A DNA stretch of 64,000 bases from Mobula hypostoma (Eukaryota): the NCBI RefSeq assembly GCF_963921235.1, contig NC_086108.1:25792001-25856000 (forward strand), given 5' to 3'. The position numbers and the translations under genes were made by a program. The notes under the pieces are model-generated. The model did not search any database, was not told the DNA's origin, and worked only from the letters and a program-made list of their open reading frames with translations. Shown one piece after another: positions 25,116 through 38,020 of this stretch (position 1 is the stretch's first letter; each line of letters starts with the position of its first letter).

Positions 25116-27970
25116 CCATATACACCATATTCTAAGATTTAAGAAGCCCAGATTATAACCATCCTCTGGGTGAAAGGAAATCTATCTCTATTTCCCTTGC
25201 TCCTCATTTTAAATCTATACCTTGTGTTTTAAGACACCTCTGCCATGAGTAAAGATTCTATGACCATCTTTATATTTTCAGTTTTCCTGAATTAAAAATC
25301 TCATAGCAGGATATCCAGACTCTACTCGTCTCACATACTAATACGTTTAGTATTATTGACATGAAATGTACAATTCTGGAAATTCATTTTCAATCTGTTG
25401 TGCAAATGACACATTGAATTTCAGAAGCAGGTAATAACACATTGATAGAACTATGACTGTTGATGAAGTTCTAGACAGTGTTCGTTTTTTAAAAAAATAT
25501 TATGCAGAGCCTTATATTAGATATGAGCAAGAAAACCTGATGATTGGAAGAAAATTAAGAGAACAATTTGTGAGAATTCTCATGAGAATTCAGCACCATT
25601 AACCATGGTGATGTATTTGCATTTATAAAACCCATTACAAAACTAAACATGGAAATTTACAAGATTTCTGCACAAGGTAGTCAGAAATAAAACTTAAGAT
25701 GACGGGTTGTGTGCAGAAATGTAAATATAAATTGGGCACTTATCTCTTTGCACAGAGCACCATTAAATGGAGCTCAGAAGGTGTCACATACTGAGGACTG
25801 AAAGATATTAGCATTTTCCTCAAACAAGGATGGAATATATAATATATTAATGATGGAAATATCATAATTATTTCATTTTTTGGCATTTTGAACATTATGT
25901 TCAAAGAAAATGACTTCAATTATTGAGAAATATTTTAGAACTGAAATATCATGATGCTCTGCCAATCTTGAACTTTAAAAAAATATTTCAGGTCTCTGAA
26001 TATATGTGGCCATTTGAGACTAAATGCACAAAATGGCTTATTGATGTATCAGTGTGAATGTGATCCCAAGGTAATCAAATGCACAGACCTCTTTCATCAA
26101 TTCAAAACTATTGCTTTGGTGTAGCACCTCTTCAGGTGCCATTGATGTGGAGATGTGAGAAAATCACTCATAATTATTAATAACATGAAGTAGATGATGG
26201 GTCATTTAGAATTGTTTTTCATCAATTGCAACATGCTTTTAAATAAAATGAGAATATCTTTGATGTTGCTCAGTGTTTACGAAGTTATCTTTATCCTAAA
26301 AAAAATGTTCGTGCATAATTGTCCATAAGTTGATTAATAAAATGGTACATTGCAGACAGTTTGTCAATGCGTGATAGTAAAAGTATTCTATGTAGGCTTC
26401 TGCTCTGAATCATTTCTTTGATCCTTCCATAATAATGTCATGTACTGCATTATAGTCCTTGGGAGGCTAAGCTGGGTAAATTAGTTTTGACACATTTATG
26501 CACTAGCTCAAATGCAGACAGTTTAAGTGAAATGTCAGTCGTTGGCAAAAAAGCTGTTAGTCCATGCAGGAACTTGCTTTCCTTTCAACTCTTGAGTTTA
26601 TACCTGGCATAGAAATGAATTGCTGATTTCATGGAACACTATTCCATCTACCTTCAAATGGCTGCTGGTCTCTTTTCAATTCCGTAAAACAACTCCACAT
26701 AAAATAGCTCTTGTTTACTCAGAAGCAGCATATTTCAGACTGATTGGCTTGTCTGTTATAGGTCCCACCCACTGTTTAACTGCAGTGTTCATACTACCAT
26801 TAGTAACATGGAGGAAATACCTCCAAATGTTTACATTAAACTGAGAGATCAAAGCTTATTGCATCTTTTCATTTGTTTTTTGTTTTTTTTCATATTTGTT
26901 TTCATTTGAACTTGAGGGGCAACTTTTTATTTACACAAGTTTTTATGTGGATTGAGGCGGCAGAGGAAGTGGTTGAAGCAGGTACAACAACAACTCAAGA
27001 CGGTTGGACAAGTACATGAATAGGAAAGGTTTGGAGTTTTATGGGACATACAATGGCAAATCAAACTAGCTTGGCTGCGCATCTTAGTTGCATGGACCAG
27101 TTGACCTGAAGTGCCTTTTTCCATACTTTATGACTTTTTGTTCTATGATTCCATTACATCCTCTAAATTCAACCACTCAACCATACACTAGGGACATTTT
27201 ACAGTATCCTATTAACCCATGGACCCTCACCTCTTTTTGGATGTGGGAAGACCCGAAGGAAATCCATGTAGTCACAGGGGTGTCATGCAGAACACTGATG
27301 GCACCAGAGGTTATGATTAAACCAGGATCTCTGGAGCTATGAGAGAGCATCTCCATCACTTCCTTCTGCACTAACACTCAACAGTTTTGATCACCACAAA
27401 ATTACCAAACACTAAGTTCATGGCCAAATAATGAACACTTGTTTTTTGAGACAAAAAGGAATATTATGCTCGTATATCCAATTCTTCCCAGTGTCAAAAG
27501 TTTGAGCAGAGTGTAATGTATTTAGAAACAGCTGCCTGATTTATACTGCATCTTCTGCAATTTCACATCAATAACTTTATACATTTTTAAAGCTCATAAT
27601 GGAATTGTGAACGTCAATGTATTCACTCACTCATGAATTACAGAACTAAGTACATAGTTTTGATCCTACAAAGTGAATGAGAAAGCAGTTTAAGCAGGGC
27701 AATTATGAAGTAAGTAAACAAATGGATAAGATTGGCAACCCCATCTCCAGCTAGCAGGGAATTCAGCACTGCCGTGCAAGGGTGCAAATATGTGGAATTC
27801 CCTAAAATTCCTCAGAGCTGCTTCCCAGCAGGTTCCTGACTGCAAAACGATCTTACTCTCCACCTGGAAATAAGTCAAATGTACAATAATAAGCATTTAA
27901 GTTTCTGGGGGGATTTATCAGCTGTCCATTGCATTTGTCCTAGTTGCAGCAAATATCCTTTCCTCTGCTG

Positions 27971-28050
27971 TAAGGGTTCCCAACCTGAGGTGCACAGACG
28001 CCTTGCTTAATGGTTTTGGTCCATGGCATAAAAAAGGCCGTGAACCTTTG
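27971..28050. mobile_element. About 80-bp hAT-like MITE
   Basis: Ends (c/t)aagggttcccaacc and gaacctttg; imperfect 8-bp TSD ctctgctg/ctcttgtg; inverted homolog at 52430-52511. Confidence 0.55.
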
Positions 28051-31000
28051 CTCTTGTGGGTTTAGGTGATGCAGAACTTGAGTGTCCATTCCCTTGTGAA
28101 TTGCTGCTGCTCCCTTGGACGTGAGCTGCCTGGACCTTCAAGGTGGTGAAGTGTATTTAGTGTTGTACAATTGTTAGCTCCATATTTGAATGCACAGGAA
28201 TGTAAGAAGCTGCAGGGATTAGTGAACATTACATCCCTCCACACCATTAGTAGTACCTACAGGGAGTTTTGCTTCAACCATCATCAAAGATCCCCACCAT
28301 TGAGGCCATGCTATTTTCTCTCAGCTACTATCAAATGGGATTAACAGATGTCTGAATTTGCACACCTCCAGGTTTAACAACAGCTACTTACCTTCAACCA
28401 TTCAGTTCTTCAACTAACCAATGTGACCTAATCATTACAACACTATGAACACATTGATTACTTTGCACTATAAAGGGCTTTTTTTGTTCTAATTATACTC
28501 TTTCTTGAAAAGACCATAAGAGCAGAATTAGAACATTCAGCCGGTTGAGACTGCTCCATCATTGCAGTACGGCTGACCCATTCTCTTGCCTTCTCCCCGT
28601 AACCTTTGACATCTTGACTAATCAAGAACCTATCAAGTTGCGCTTTAAACATGTTACAAGACTTAACCTCCACAGTTGTCCGTGGCAATAAATTCTGGAA
28701 ATTCAACACCCTTTGGCTAAAGAAATTTCTTCTCATCTCAGTTCTAAATGGATATGCCTTTATTCTTGAGGCTGTGCCCTCTAGTCCTAGACTCTCCCAC
28801 TATAGGAAACATCCTCTCTACATCCACTATTTAGACCTTTCAATATTCGATAGGTTTCAATGAGAACCACCCTCATACTTCTGAACTCCAGTGAGTACAG
28901 GCCCAGAGCGATCAAATACTCCTCATAGATGAACCTTTTCCTTCCCAGTATCATTCTCATGCGCCTCCTCTGGACCATAACCAATGACAGCACAGCTTTT
29001 CTTAGGTAAGGAGCCCAAAATTGTTCACAATACTCCGGATGCAAGCCTTATAAAGCCTTAACATCCTTGCTCTTATATTCCAGCCCTCTCAAAATTAATG
29101 ATAACACTGCATTTTCCTTTCTTTACACTGTCTCAACCTGCAAGTTAACCTTCAGCAAATCCTACACAAGGACTTTCAAGTCTCTTCGCTCTTCTGATTT
29201 TTGCATTTTCTCCCCATTTAGAAAACAGCCTTTGCCTTTATTCCTTCTACCAAAGCATATGACTACACACTTCCCTACACTATCTTATATCTGTCACTTC
29301 TTTACCCATTCTCCTAATCTGTCCAAATCCTTCTGCAGCTGCCCAGCTTCCTCAACATTACCTATGCGTCCACCTATCTTCATATTGTTCGCAAACTTAG
29401 CCATAGTTCTGTCATCCAAATCAATTACATGCAAAGTAAAATGAAGCGGTCCCAATACCGACCCCTGTGTAACATCACTCGTCGCAGAGAGCCTTTACTC
29501 CCACTCTTTACCTCCTGTCTCTCAGCCAATCTTCTATCCATGGTAGTATCTTTACTGTAATACCATGTGCTCTTATTTTGTTTAACAGCCTAATGTGTGG
29601 CACTTTGTCAAGGCCTTCTGAAAATCCAAGTAAACAATGTCCAATGGTTCTTCTTTGTCTATCTTGTATTTTATTTCCTCAAGAATTCCACAGATTTATC
29701 AGGCAAGATTTCCCCTTAAGGAACCCATGCAGATTATGGTCTATGTTATCATATGCCTCCAGGTATCCTGAAACCTCATCTTTAATAATGGACTCCAACA
29801 TCTTCCCAATCATTGAAGTCAGGTTAACTAGCCTATACATTCCTTTCTTCCGTCTCTCTGCCTTCTTAAAGAGTAGAGTGACATCTGCAATATTCCAGCC
29901 CCCCAGAATCATTTCAAAATCGAGTAATTCTTGAAAGATCATTACTCATGCCTCCACAATCTCTTCAGCTACCTATTTCAGAACCATGGGGTATAGTACA
30001 TCTTGTCCAGGTGATCGACTGACCTTCAGACCTTTCAGCTTCCCAAGCTCTTTCTCCTTATCAATAGCCACTGCATTCACTTCTTCTCCCTGGCACTCTC
30101 AATTTTCTGGCATCCTGCTAGAGGATCTTACAGTGAAGACTGACAGAAAATACTTGTTAATTTTGTCCACCACTTCCTTGTCCCCCTTAACTACCTCTCT
30201 AATGTCATTTTCCAGTGGTTCAGTATTCACTATCACTTCTCTTTTACTCTTTATATATCTAAAAAATCTTTTGACATTATCTTTTATCAGCCAGCTTGCC
30301 TTCATATATCTCCTTTTCTCTCATTATGGCTTTTTTGTTCTCTTTTGGTTGTTTATAAAAGTTTCTCAATCCTCTAACTTCCCACTAATTATTGCAATTT
30401 TATATTCCTTCTTTTTACCTTTTATGCTGTCTTTAACATGCATTGTCAACCACAGTTGCCTCAGAGCACTTCTTCATCTTTGGGATATATCTATCCTGCA
30501 TCTTCCCAATTGCCTCCAGAGACTCCAGCCATTGCTATTCCGCTACCATCTCTGTTAATGTCTCCTTCCAATCACCTCTGTAATTCCCTTTACTCCACCA
30601 TAATATACCAAGAGAATTGCATTCCTCCAAGTGGGCTCAACCACAAGCTGCTCTAAAAAGTCATCTTGTAGGCATTGTACAAATTCCCTCTCAGGACCCA
30701 GCACCAACCTGATTTTCCCAAGCTACTAGTGTTTTGAAATACCCCATAGCTATTGTAATGTTGCCCTTTTAACATCCTGGCTGCTATTCAGAGGCCTGTA
30801 TATAACTCCCATTAGGGTCACTTTACCTTTGCGGTTTCTTAACTCTACCCACAAGGATTCTATATCTTCCAATCCTACATAACCTCTTTCTAAGGATTTG
30901 ATTTCATTTTTTTATGAACTGAGCCACCCTGCCCCTTTTGCCTACCTGCCTGTCCTTTTCATACAATGTGTATCCTTAGATTTTAAGCTCTTAACTATGA

Positions 31001-31361
31001 TCATTATTCAGCCAAACTTGATGCCTAGAACTTCATACCTGCCAGTCTCTAACTGCGCTACAAAATCATCTACATTATTCCTTTTACAGCTTCAGTCCTG
31101 TATTCATCACCTTTTTTGATCTTGCCTGCATGTTACACTTCAACTCATCCCACCAGCAGCAATTTTATCCTTTCATCTGCTAGTCCTTCTTCAGGGTCTG
31201 ACTACACGATGCACCTACGTGTTTACCGACTGCCCCATCCTCATCTGTATCACTCTTGTTCCCACCCCCTTGCCAATTAGTTTAAACTCTCTCCAACTGC
31301 TCTAGCTAACTTGCCCACAAGGGTATGGGTCCCCCTCAGGATTAGGTGTAACCCATCTTTT

Positions 31362-31748
31362 TCCCATCTAGGTAGCCTCCAACTTGATGGCATGAATATT
31401 CATTTCTCCTACCGATAATTTTTTTCCATCCACCTTCCCTCTGCATATATACACCACATCTTCTTACCTGCCTACCACCTCCCCGATACCCCTCTTTCCC
31501 TTTCTTTCATGGTCCGCTCTCCTTCTATCTAAGTCCTTCCTCTCCAGTCATTTACCTTGCTCATACACCTGGCTTCATCCATCACCTTCTGGCCAGTCCT
31601 CCTTCCCCTCTCCCTATTTTTTTATTCTGGCATTTTCCCCCTTCCTTTCCAGTCCTGAAGATGTGTCTTGGCCAGAAATGAGGACTGTTTATTCATTTCC
31701 ATAGATGCTGCCAGACCTGCTGAGTTCCTCCAGAAATTTATGTGTTCT
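31362..31748 (+). mobile_element. PLE 3' fragment nested in CR1 ORF1
   Basis: ctaggtagcctccaacttgatggcatgaat through agtcctgaaga...gaaa to gctgagttcctccag. Confidence 0.82.
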
Positions 31749-31951
31749 ACCTGCTTTTTTTGTACAGGTCATACATTCCAAAAAGAGATAGCCATGATCC
31801 AAAAATCTGAAACCCTGTCTCCTGCACCATTTCCTCAGCCACTGATTCATCTGTACTATCATCCTATTCCTGTCCTGACTAGCATTTGGCACAGGAATTA
31901 AAACAGAAATTACGACCATGGATGACCTGTGTTTCAGCCTCTTCCGTAACT

Positions 31952-32596
31952 CCCTATACTCACTGCAAGGGTATACTCTATACCCTATACCCTATACTCC
32001 CCTATACTCTATACCCTATACTCCCCTATACTCTATACCCTATACCCTATACTCCCCTATACTCCTCTATACTCTATACCCTATACTCCCCTATACTCTA
32101 TACCCTATACCCTATACCCTATACTCCCCTATACTCTATACCCTATACTCCCCTATACTCTATACCCTATACCCTATACTCCCCTATACTCTATACCCTA
32201 TACTCCCCTATACTCCCCTATACTCTATACCCTATACTCCCCTATACTCTATACCCTATACTCACTGCAAGGGTATACCCTATACCCTATACTCCCCTAT
32301 ACTCTATACCCTATACTCCCCTATACTCTATACCCTATACCCTATACCTTATACTCCCCTATACTCTATACCCTATACCCTATACCCTATACTCCCCTAT
32401 ACTCTATACCCTATACCCTATACTCCCCTATACTCTATACCCTATACCCTATACCCTATACTCCCCTATACTCTATACCCTATACCCTATACTCCCCTAT
32501 ACTCTATACCCTATACCCTATACTCCCCTATACTCCCCTATACTCTATACCCTATACTCCCCTATACTCCCCTATACTCTATACCCTATACTCCCC
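31952..32596. repeat. Complex minisatellite of CTATACC / CTATACT / CTATACTCCC units
   Basis: Directly visible, about 640 bp. The + strand lacks G except in two copies of the seed ctcactgcaaggg. Confidence 0.97.
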
Positions 32597-35023
32597 TTTT
32601 CTACCTGACGATGGTGCTGATGTGTATCACCATCTCTACTACTCACTCTCTCCCTTGAGAATACTCTGCAGCTGCTCTGAGACATCCCGGACTCCAGCAC
32701 TTTGGTGGCAAAATACAATAATAGCATCTCTTTTGTGGTCTCAGAATCTCCTGTCTGTCCCTCTATCGAGTCTCCTATCACTACCACTCTACCTGACTTT
32801 ACCCTACCTTGCTGAGCTTCAGAGCAGCCACAGTGTCACTGACCTGGCTGCTGCTGCTATGCGTTGATTGGTCGTTCCCCAACAGTATCTAAAGGTGTTT
32901 ATTTATTGCTGAAGGGAATGCCTGTGCTCTGGTTGTGACCACCTCAGTAAAAGACTCATCTATGAATATTTCAGCTTTCTGGATAGTTCTGAGTACAGTC
33001 AACTCTAACTCTAGTTCCTTGACCTTGTCAGTCAGGAGCTGAAGTTGGGTTTACTTCCTGCAGATGTAGTCATCAGGGAAAAGTTAGGTAGCCTGCAATC
33101 CCACATCTTAAAAGAGGAGCATTCCATTGCCTCAACAATCACCCTGCCTACATTTGTTATACCTTTGGCTCTAAGTTCTTAAGGTTAAATTCTCTGCCTG
33201 TTCACGCTGAAGCCTGTTGAGCCAAAGCCTGACACTCCAACGTTAGCCCTCTCACATAATCGCCGCTCCACTTAAACCTAACTTATTATTAACCCTTTCT
33301 GTTACTAATAACCCAAGAAATTGCCCATTCCCAACAGGCTCCGGTTGCTTTTTAAAGCTGGTGTGTAAAGTCCACAAGGAACTGCCGCCAACACACCCCG
33401 TGATGTCCCATTCAGCAGTTAAGCACCAGCAGGCTCTGGATGCCTTATAATTATTAAAATTGCATTCAATTTGGCTTTTTTAAATGCTGCTTATATGATG
33501 CTATGTTATGCTACTGCAGGTAAGATTTTCATAGCACCTGTGCATTCACGTATTTGTGCAAATGATGGTAGATTCAATCCTGACTTTGGGTCTCTCTGTG
33601 TGGCATTTATATGTCCTCCTCTGACCCTGGGTTTTCTCAGGATGGTTAAACTTCCTCCCACATCCCAAAGATGTGGAAGCTGATAGTTTAACTGGCCACT
33701 GTATGTTGCCCTGGTGTGTAAATGAGCAGTAGAATTTGGAGGAAATAATGAGAACATTGGGAAGAATAAGAACATGATTAATGTAGTATTAGTGTAAGTA
33801 ATTGTTGGTTTTTGGTGCAGACTTGGTGAGCCAAAAGTTCTGTTTGTGTGTTGTGTCTCTCTATGATTCTGTGAAGAAATCTCACAGCCCCAGTCACCTG
33901 AGTTCCATCCTGACCGCAGATGCTGTTTGCAAGGATGGTGTATGTGGGTTTGTCCTGTGTGCTCAGGTGTCCTCCTATTTCCCAATGATGTGCTAGTTCA
34001 TAAGCTAATTGGCTACAATAAATTACTCCCAGTGTAATTGGTAGCAGGAGAATCAGAGTGAATGTGTGGATGAATGGATTATAGAGAGGTAAGTGAATGA
34101 ATGGGTTATAGAGAGATAAGTAGAGGAATGAGATTGAAGGAATTAGCCTGAGGGCTACCATAGATTCAATGAAGTCAATGTTGTTCTGTGTTGTAATATG
34201 GGATAGTTTAATCTTAGCTTCGACTAACTGTGGTTCAGTTGTTGAGTGATGGGGCTAGTTGCACGATCCAATGCAACACAGCATTTGGCACATTGTTTAA
34301 CTGACCTTAAATGTTAATATGATTGACTAGACACTGATCACTTTTCACATTCACTTTATGGGCAGCACTCCACTGGTTCCTTCTCCTACATGTAAGTCTC
34401 CAAGGGATACCAGAAAATAGTAATTAATGAATGTTTATAGTAGTGATTTGATTTTGCCTTTATTTGCCTTTCTTATCTCCTCAGCCTTTCTCTCGCTGCT
34501 TTGACTCCCCTGAGATGCGTGGTTGTAAACTACCGCTGGGATTACTGATTGGGAAGAAGTTAAATGTTGGACATTACAAAATATTATTTTCACAGAATAT
34601 TGCACAGAGAACTGCTGATTGCAACACACAAAGCATTAGTAGAACCACAGAATAGTGTGTAATTAAAAACTGAAATTTTACTAGTTTTAGCTCTGTTGGA
34701 AACACATTAATTTAAATTGGAATTAGTCAACTTCAATCACAAGATCAATTGACTTCAAACTCGGGAAATCATAACTCTGGGAAAGATTACATGAAGATGC
34801 TTATATATTAAAAATTCGGTTGCAATATTTGATTCAAACCTTGACATTTTAGGTTCCATATTAACCATTATTAGTCTGCTGACACTTATGACAAAAAAAA
34901 TACAGAGGATGGAATTTAAGCCAATAACAATAATACTGCTTTCAAATATGCTTCTAATGCCTTACTAATTGTTGTCTACTATAAGAGCACAGATTAGCAA
35001 AAAACATTCAACTGAAACATTAG

Positions 35024-36150
35024 AAACACACACAAAGTGCTGAAGGAACTCAGCAGGCCCAGGCAACATTTATGGAAAAGAGTACTGTCGACATTTGGGA
35101 CCAAGAGTCTTCAGCAGGACTGGAGAAAAAAGATGAGTAGAGTGAAAAGGTGGGGGGAGGGGAGGGAGAAACACAAGGTGATAGGTGAAACTGGGAGGGG
35201 GAGGGGTGAAGTAAAGAGCTGGGAAATTGATTGGTGAAAAAGATACAAGCTGGAGAAGGGGGAATCTAATGGGAGATGTCAGAAGGTCATGGAAGAAAGA
35301 AAAGGGGGAGGTGATGGGCGGGCAAGGAGATAAGGTGAGAGAGGGAAAAGGGATTGGGGAATGGTGAAGGGAGGGGAGAAGCATTACCAGAAGTTCGAGA
35401 CATCGATGTTCATGCCATCAGGTTGGAGGCTACCCAGACAGAATATAAGGTGTTGTTCCTCCAACCTGAGTTTCATTGCGACAATAGAGGAGGCCATGAA
35501 TAGACATATGGGAATGGGAAGTGGAATTAAAAAGTGGGGTGGAGGTCCACTGGAAGATCCTGCCTTTTCTGGCAGTCGGAGTATAGGAACTTGGCAAAGC
35601 AGTCTCCCAATCTACATTGGGTCTCACCAATATACAAGAGGCCACACTGGAAGCACCGGAACAACACCTTATATTCCATCTGGGTAGCCTCCAACCTGAT
35701 AGCATGAACATTGATTTCTCGAACTTCTGGTAATGACCCCCCCTTCTCCTTCACCACTCCCCATCCCCTTTTCCCTCTCTCACCTTATCTCCTTGCCCTT
35801 CATCTCCCTCCAGTTCTCCTTTCCCTTTTCTTTCTTCCATGGCCACTGTTATCTCCTATTAGATTCCTCTTTCTCCAGCCCTGTATCTCTTTCACCTATC
35901 AACTTCCCAGCTCTTTACTTCATCCTTCCCCCTCCTGGTTTCTCCTATCACCTTGTGTCTCTCCCTCTCCTCCCCCCCCCTCACCTTTTAACTCTACTCC
36001 TCATCTTTTTTTCTCCTGTCCTGCTGAAGGGTCTCGGCCTGAAATGTCAACTGTACTCTTTTCCATAGATGCTGCCTGGCCTGCTGAGTGCCTGCAGCAT
36101 TTTGTGTATGTTGCTTGGAGTTCCAGGCATCTGCAGATTTTCTCTTGTTT
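35024..36150. mobile_element. Fold-back pair of PLE 3' ends (left arm -, right arm +)
   Basis: Left arm encodes RCFQCGLLYIGET on -, right arm GSLQPDSMNIDFSNFW* on +. Both run out to the PLE terminus; junction near 35655. Confidence 0.88.
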
Positions 36151-37597
36151 GCCACTAAAGTATTATTTCTCAGTGTAAAATAGTTATAGATTAGAACTGA
36201 ATATTTCTAATTGTGTTACAGTTTTTTATCAAGTCATCGATACGCTAAAATCCAATAGAAAGAAAGCTTTGTTAAAACCTTTGACGATGATTGGAATAGA
36301 AGATGGATCTCATTTGTATGTCAGAGATAAAGAATGATTTCGGAAAAACTGGTGGCAAACACAAGAATTTTCATTTTGTTCCTGGTCATTTTAAAGAGCT
36401 TCCAATGAAAGTTGATAAATTACATAGAGGTAAGGCTGGATTTCATTTCATGTACTTCAGTTTAAGGCTTTGTTGTAATTCCACACAATCATGCATTGTG
36501 TCTTTATTAATCCTGCATTGAACCACAAATAAACACTAAATGATTTCAACAGAAAACTAATAAAATGAGATCTGCACTGAATGAAATTTGTGTGCCTGAA
36601 TTATGTGGGGACCTATGTAATCAGAACAAAGTAACATACTTGGTTACACTGAAGCTGGTTTCAATGGGGTTATGGATCCTTGTTTTGACTTAATATATTG
36701 TAGATCAATACGTTCAGAGCAGGTTGACTGAACCAAGTTGAATATATAATCCCTCTTGATAGTCCATCCTTTCAACTGATTTCTTTATAATTACATTGGA
36801 TTTTTGGATAGGTTTGGTTAGGCTATAAATTAATGACTGATGTTGACTAAATAAATTATTAAAGGTATATCCCCAGAAACCTAATAAAATTCACTTCCTC
36901 ATTTCTTTCTGCTGCTAACTCAGCACTGGACCTGAACCAAGAATATTGCTCATTTGTGTAGCTCAATTACACATTGCAGACTGCACTGAAAATCAGCAAT
37001 TGTTGTCACTCTCTGGTATGTCACTAAGGATCAACGGTCAATGGGGCCACTATGTTTCTTCAGATCAAGGCATGGGAGGAAATTGGAGCACCTAAAGAAA
37101 ACTTGCAACATCGGAGGGAAATCATATTGTACAAACTTCATACAGATAGTGCTAGAGCTCCGGAATTAATGCAGGTTCAAATTCAGGATGAGCAACAGGG
37201 TGAAAAGTATTGGTGCAGTTTTCTGATAATTTGGTATTAGTACTCATTGGGTAGTATAACAGTGGCTGTATATTGTACTTCACTTCTGAAATTTAATTCA
37301 CTTGTCATGGAATGGTTAAACAGCAGCCTGCCAATTCGTGACGATCAATTTCACACCCAAATCACTCCTCAAAGTAAAGTCAGGAACTTTAACTAATAGG
37401 TAAATTGAAATTATTAAACTGTAATTGAACATCAATTGGTAGTGTTGCCTCACAACCCCAGATTTAATCTTCACCTCTGCTGTTATCCATGTGGAGTTTG
37501 CACACATTTCTTGTGATTGTGTAGGTCTCCTTAGCAATTTTCACCCACGTTTCCAAGATGAACTATCCTCTGTAAATTAACCTTTAGTGTTGGTGAG

Positions 37598-38020
37598 TGG
37601 CCCTCCAAGAGGACCACAGCCTTGTCATTTGGTTTTGAGGTACGTGTGCCTGATGACCCGGAGAGCTATGTTGCTGGAGTTAGGGCTTGATTCTTTGGCT
37701 CTTGGTAGGGTCACCCATGCCAAACAAGTCAAAGGGTAGCAGGCAGACTAACAGTCCACTGGTCCTCCAGTTTCGGGGATTCAGCTCAGGGCTAACAACC
37801 CTGACTGGTCAAAGAAAATTATTACGGAAATACCAATGAAGGATCCTTCTACACCTGCGTGAGACAGTATTCCTGAGTCTCCATCCGGGACTTGCGTGAC
37901 TGACAGCATTGAAAACAGAGAGGAAACTGCTGTCGTGATGAAGGAAGCCCTGAACATCACCAGAGAAGAAAGGCATTCATTGCTGTCCTGACCGCCTGTG
38001 GCATAATAGTGAAGAAGAAA
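37598..38020 (+). mobile_element. Short non-autonomous RTE-clade element nested in a SINE
   Basis: 5' motifs accacagccttgtc...gagctatg...tagggtcacccatg...gtccactgg resemble BovB/Rex3 5'UTRs. (GAA)n tail; 8-bp TSD TTGGTGAG at 37590-37597 and 38021-38028. Confidence 0.65.

Larger units (their letters stand above)
28512..33360 (-). mobile_element. Older near full-length CR1 LINE with nested PLE fragment and minisatellite
   Basis: Minus-strand ORF fragments: RRNFFSQRV, PEYCEQFWAPYLRK, WNIADVTLLFKK...HGFLKGKSC, VVISVLIPVP...QGFRFLDH and VVIGDS (ORF1). The 5'UTR resembles 16370-16470. Confidence 0.9.

Noticed and set aside
31952..32596. Possible CRISPR array or telomeric repeat
   Set aside because: There are no unique spacers, the units are 7-10 bp, the context is eukaryotic, and the motif is not TTAGGG.
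31886..32658. Two ORFs of about 240 aa with YTLYPILP repeats
   Set aside because: They are by-products of a nearly G-free minisatellite that cannot form TAG or TGA and lacks TAA. There is no evidence of coding function.
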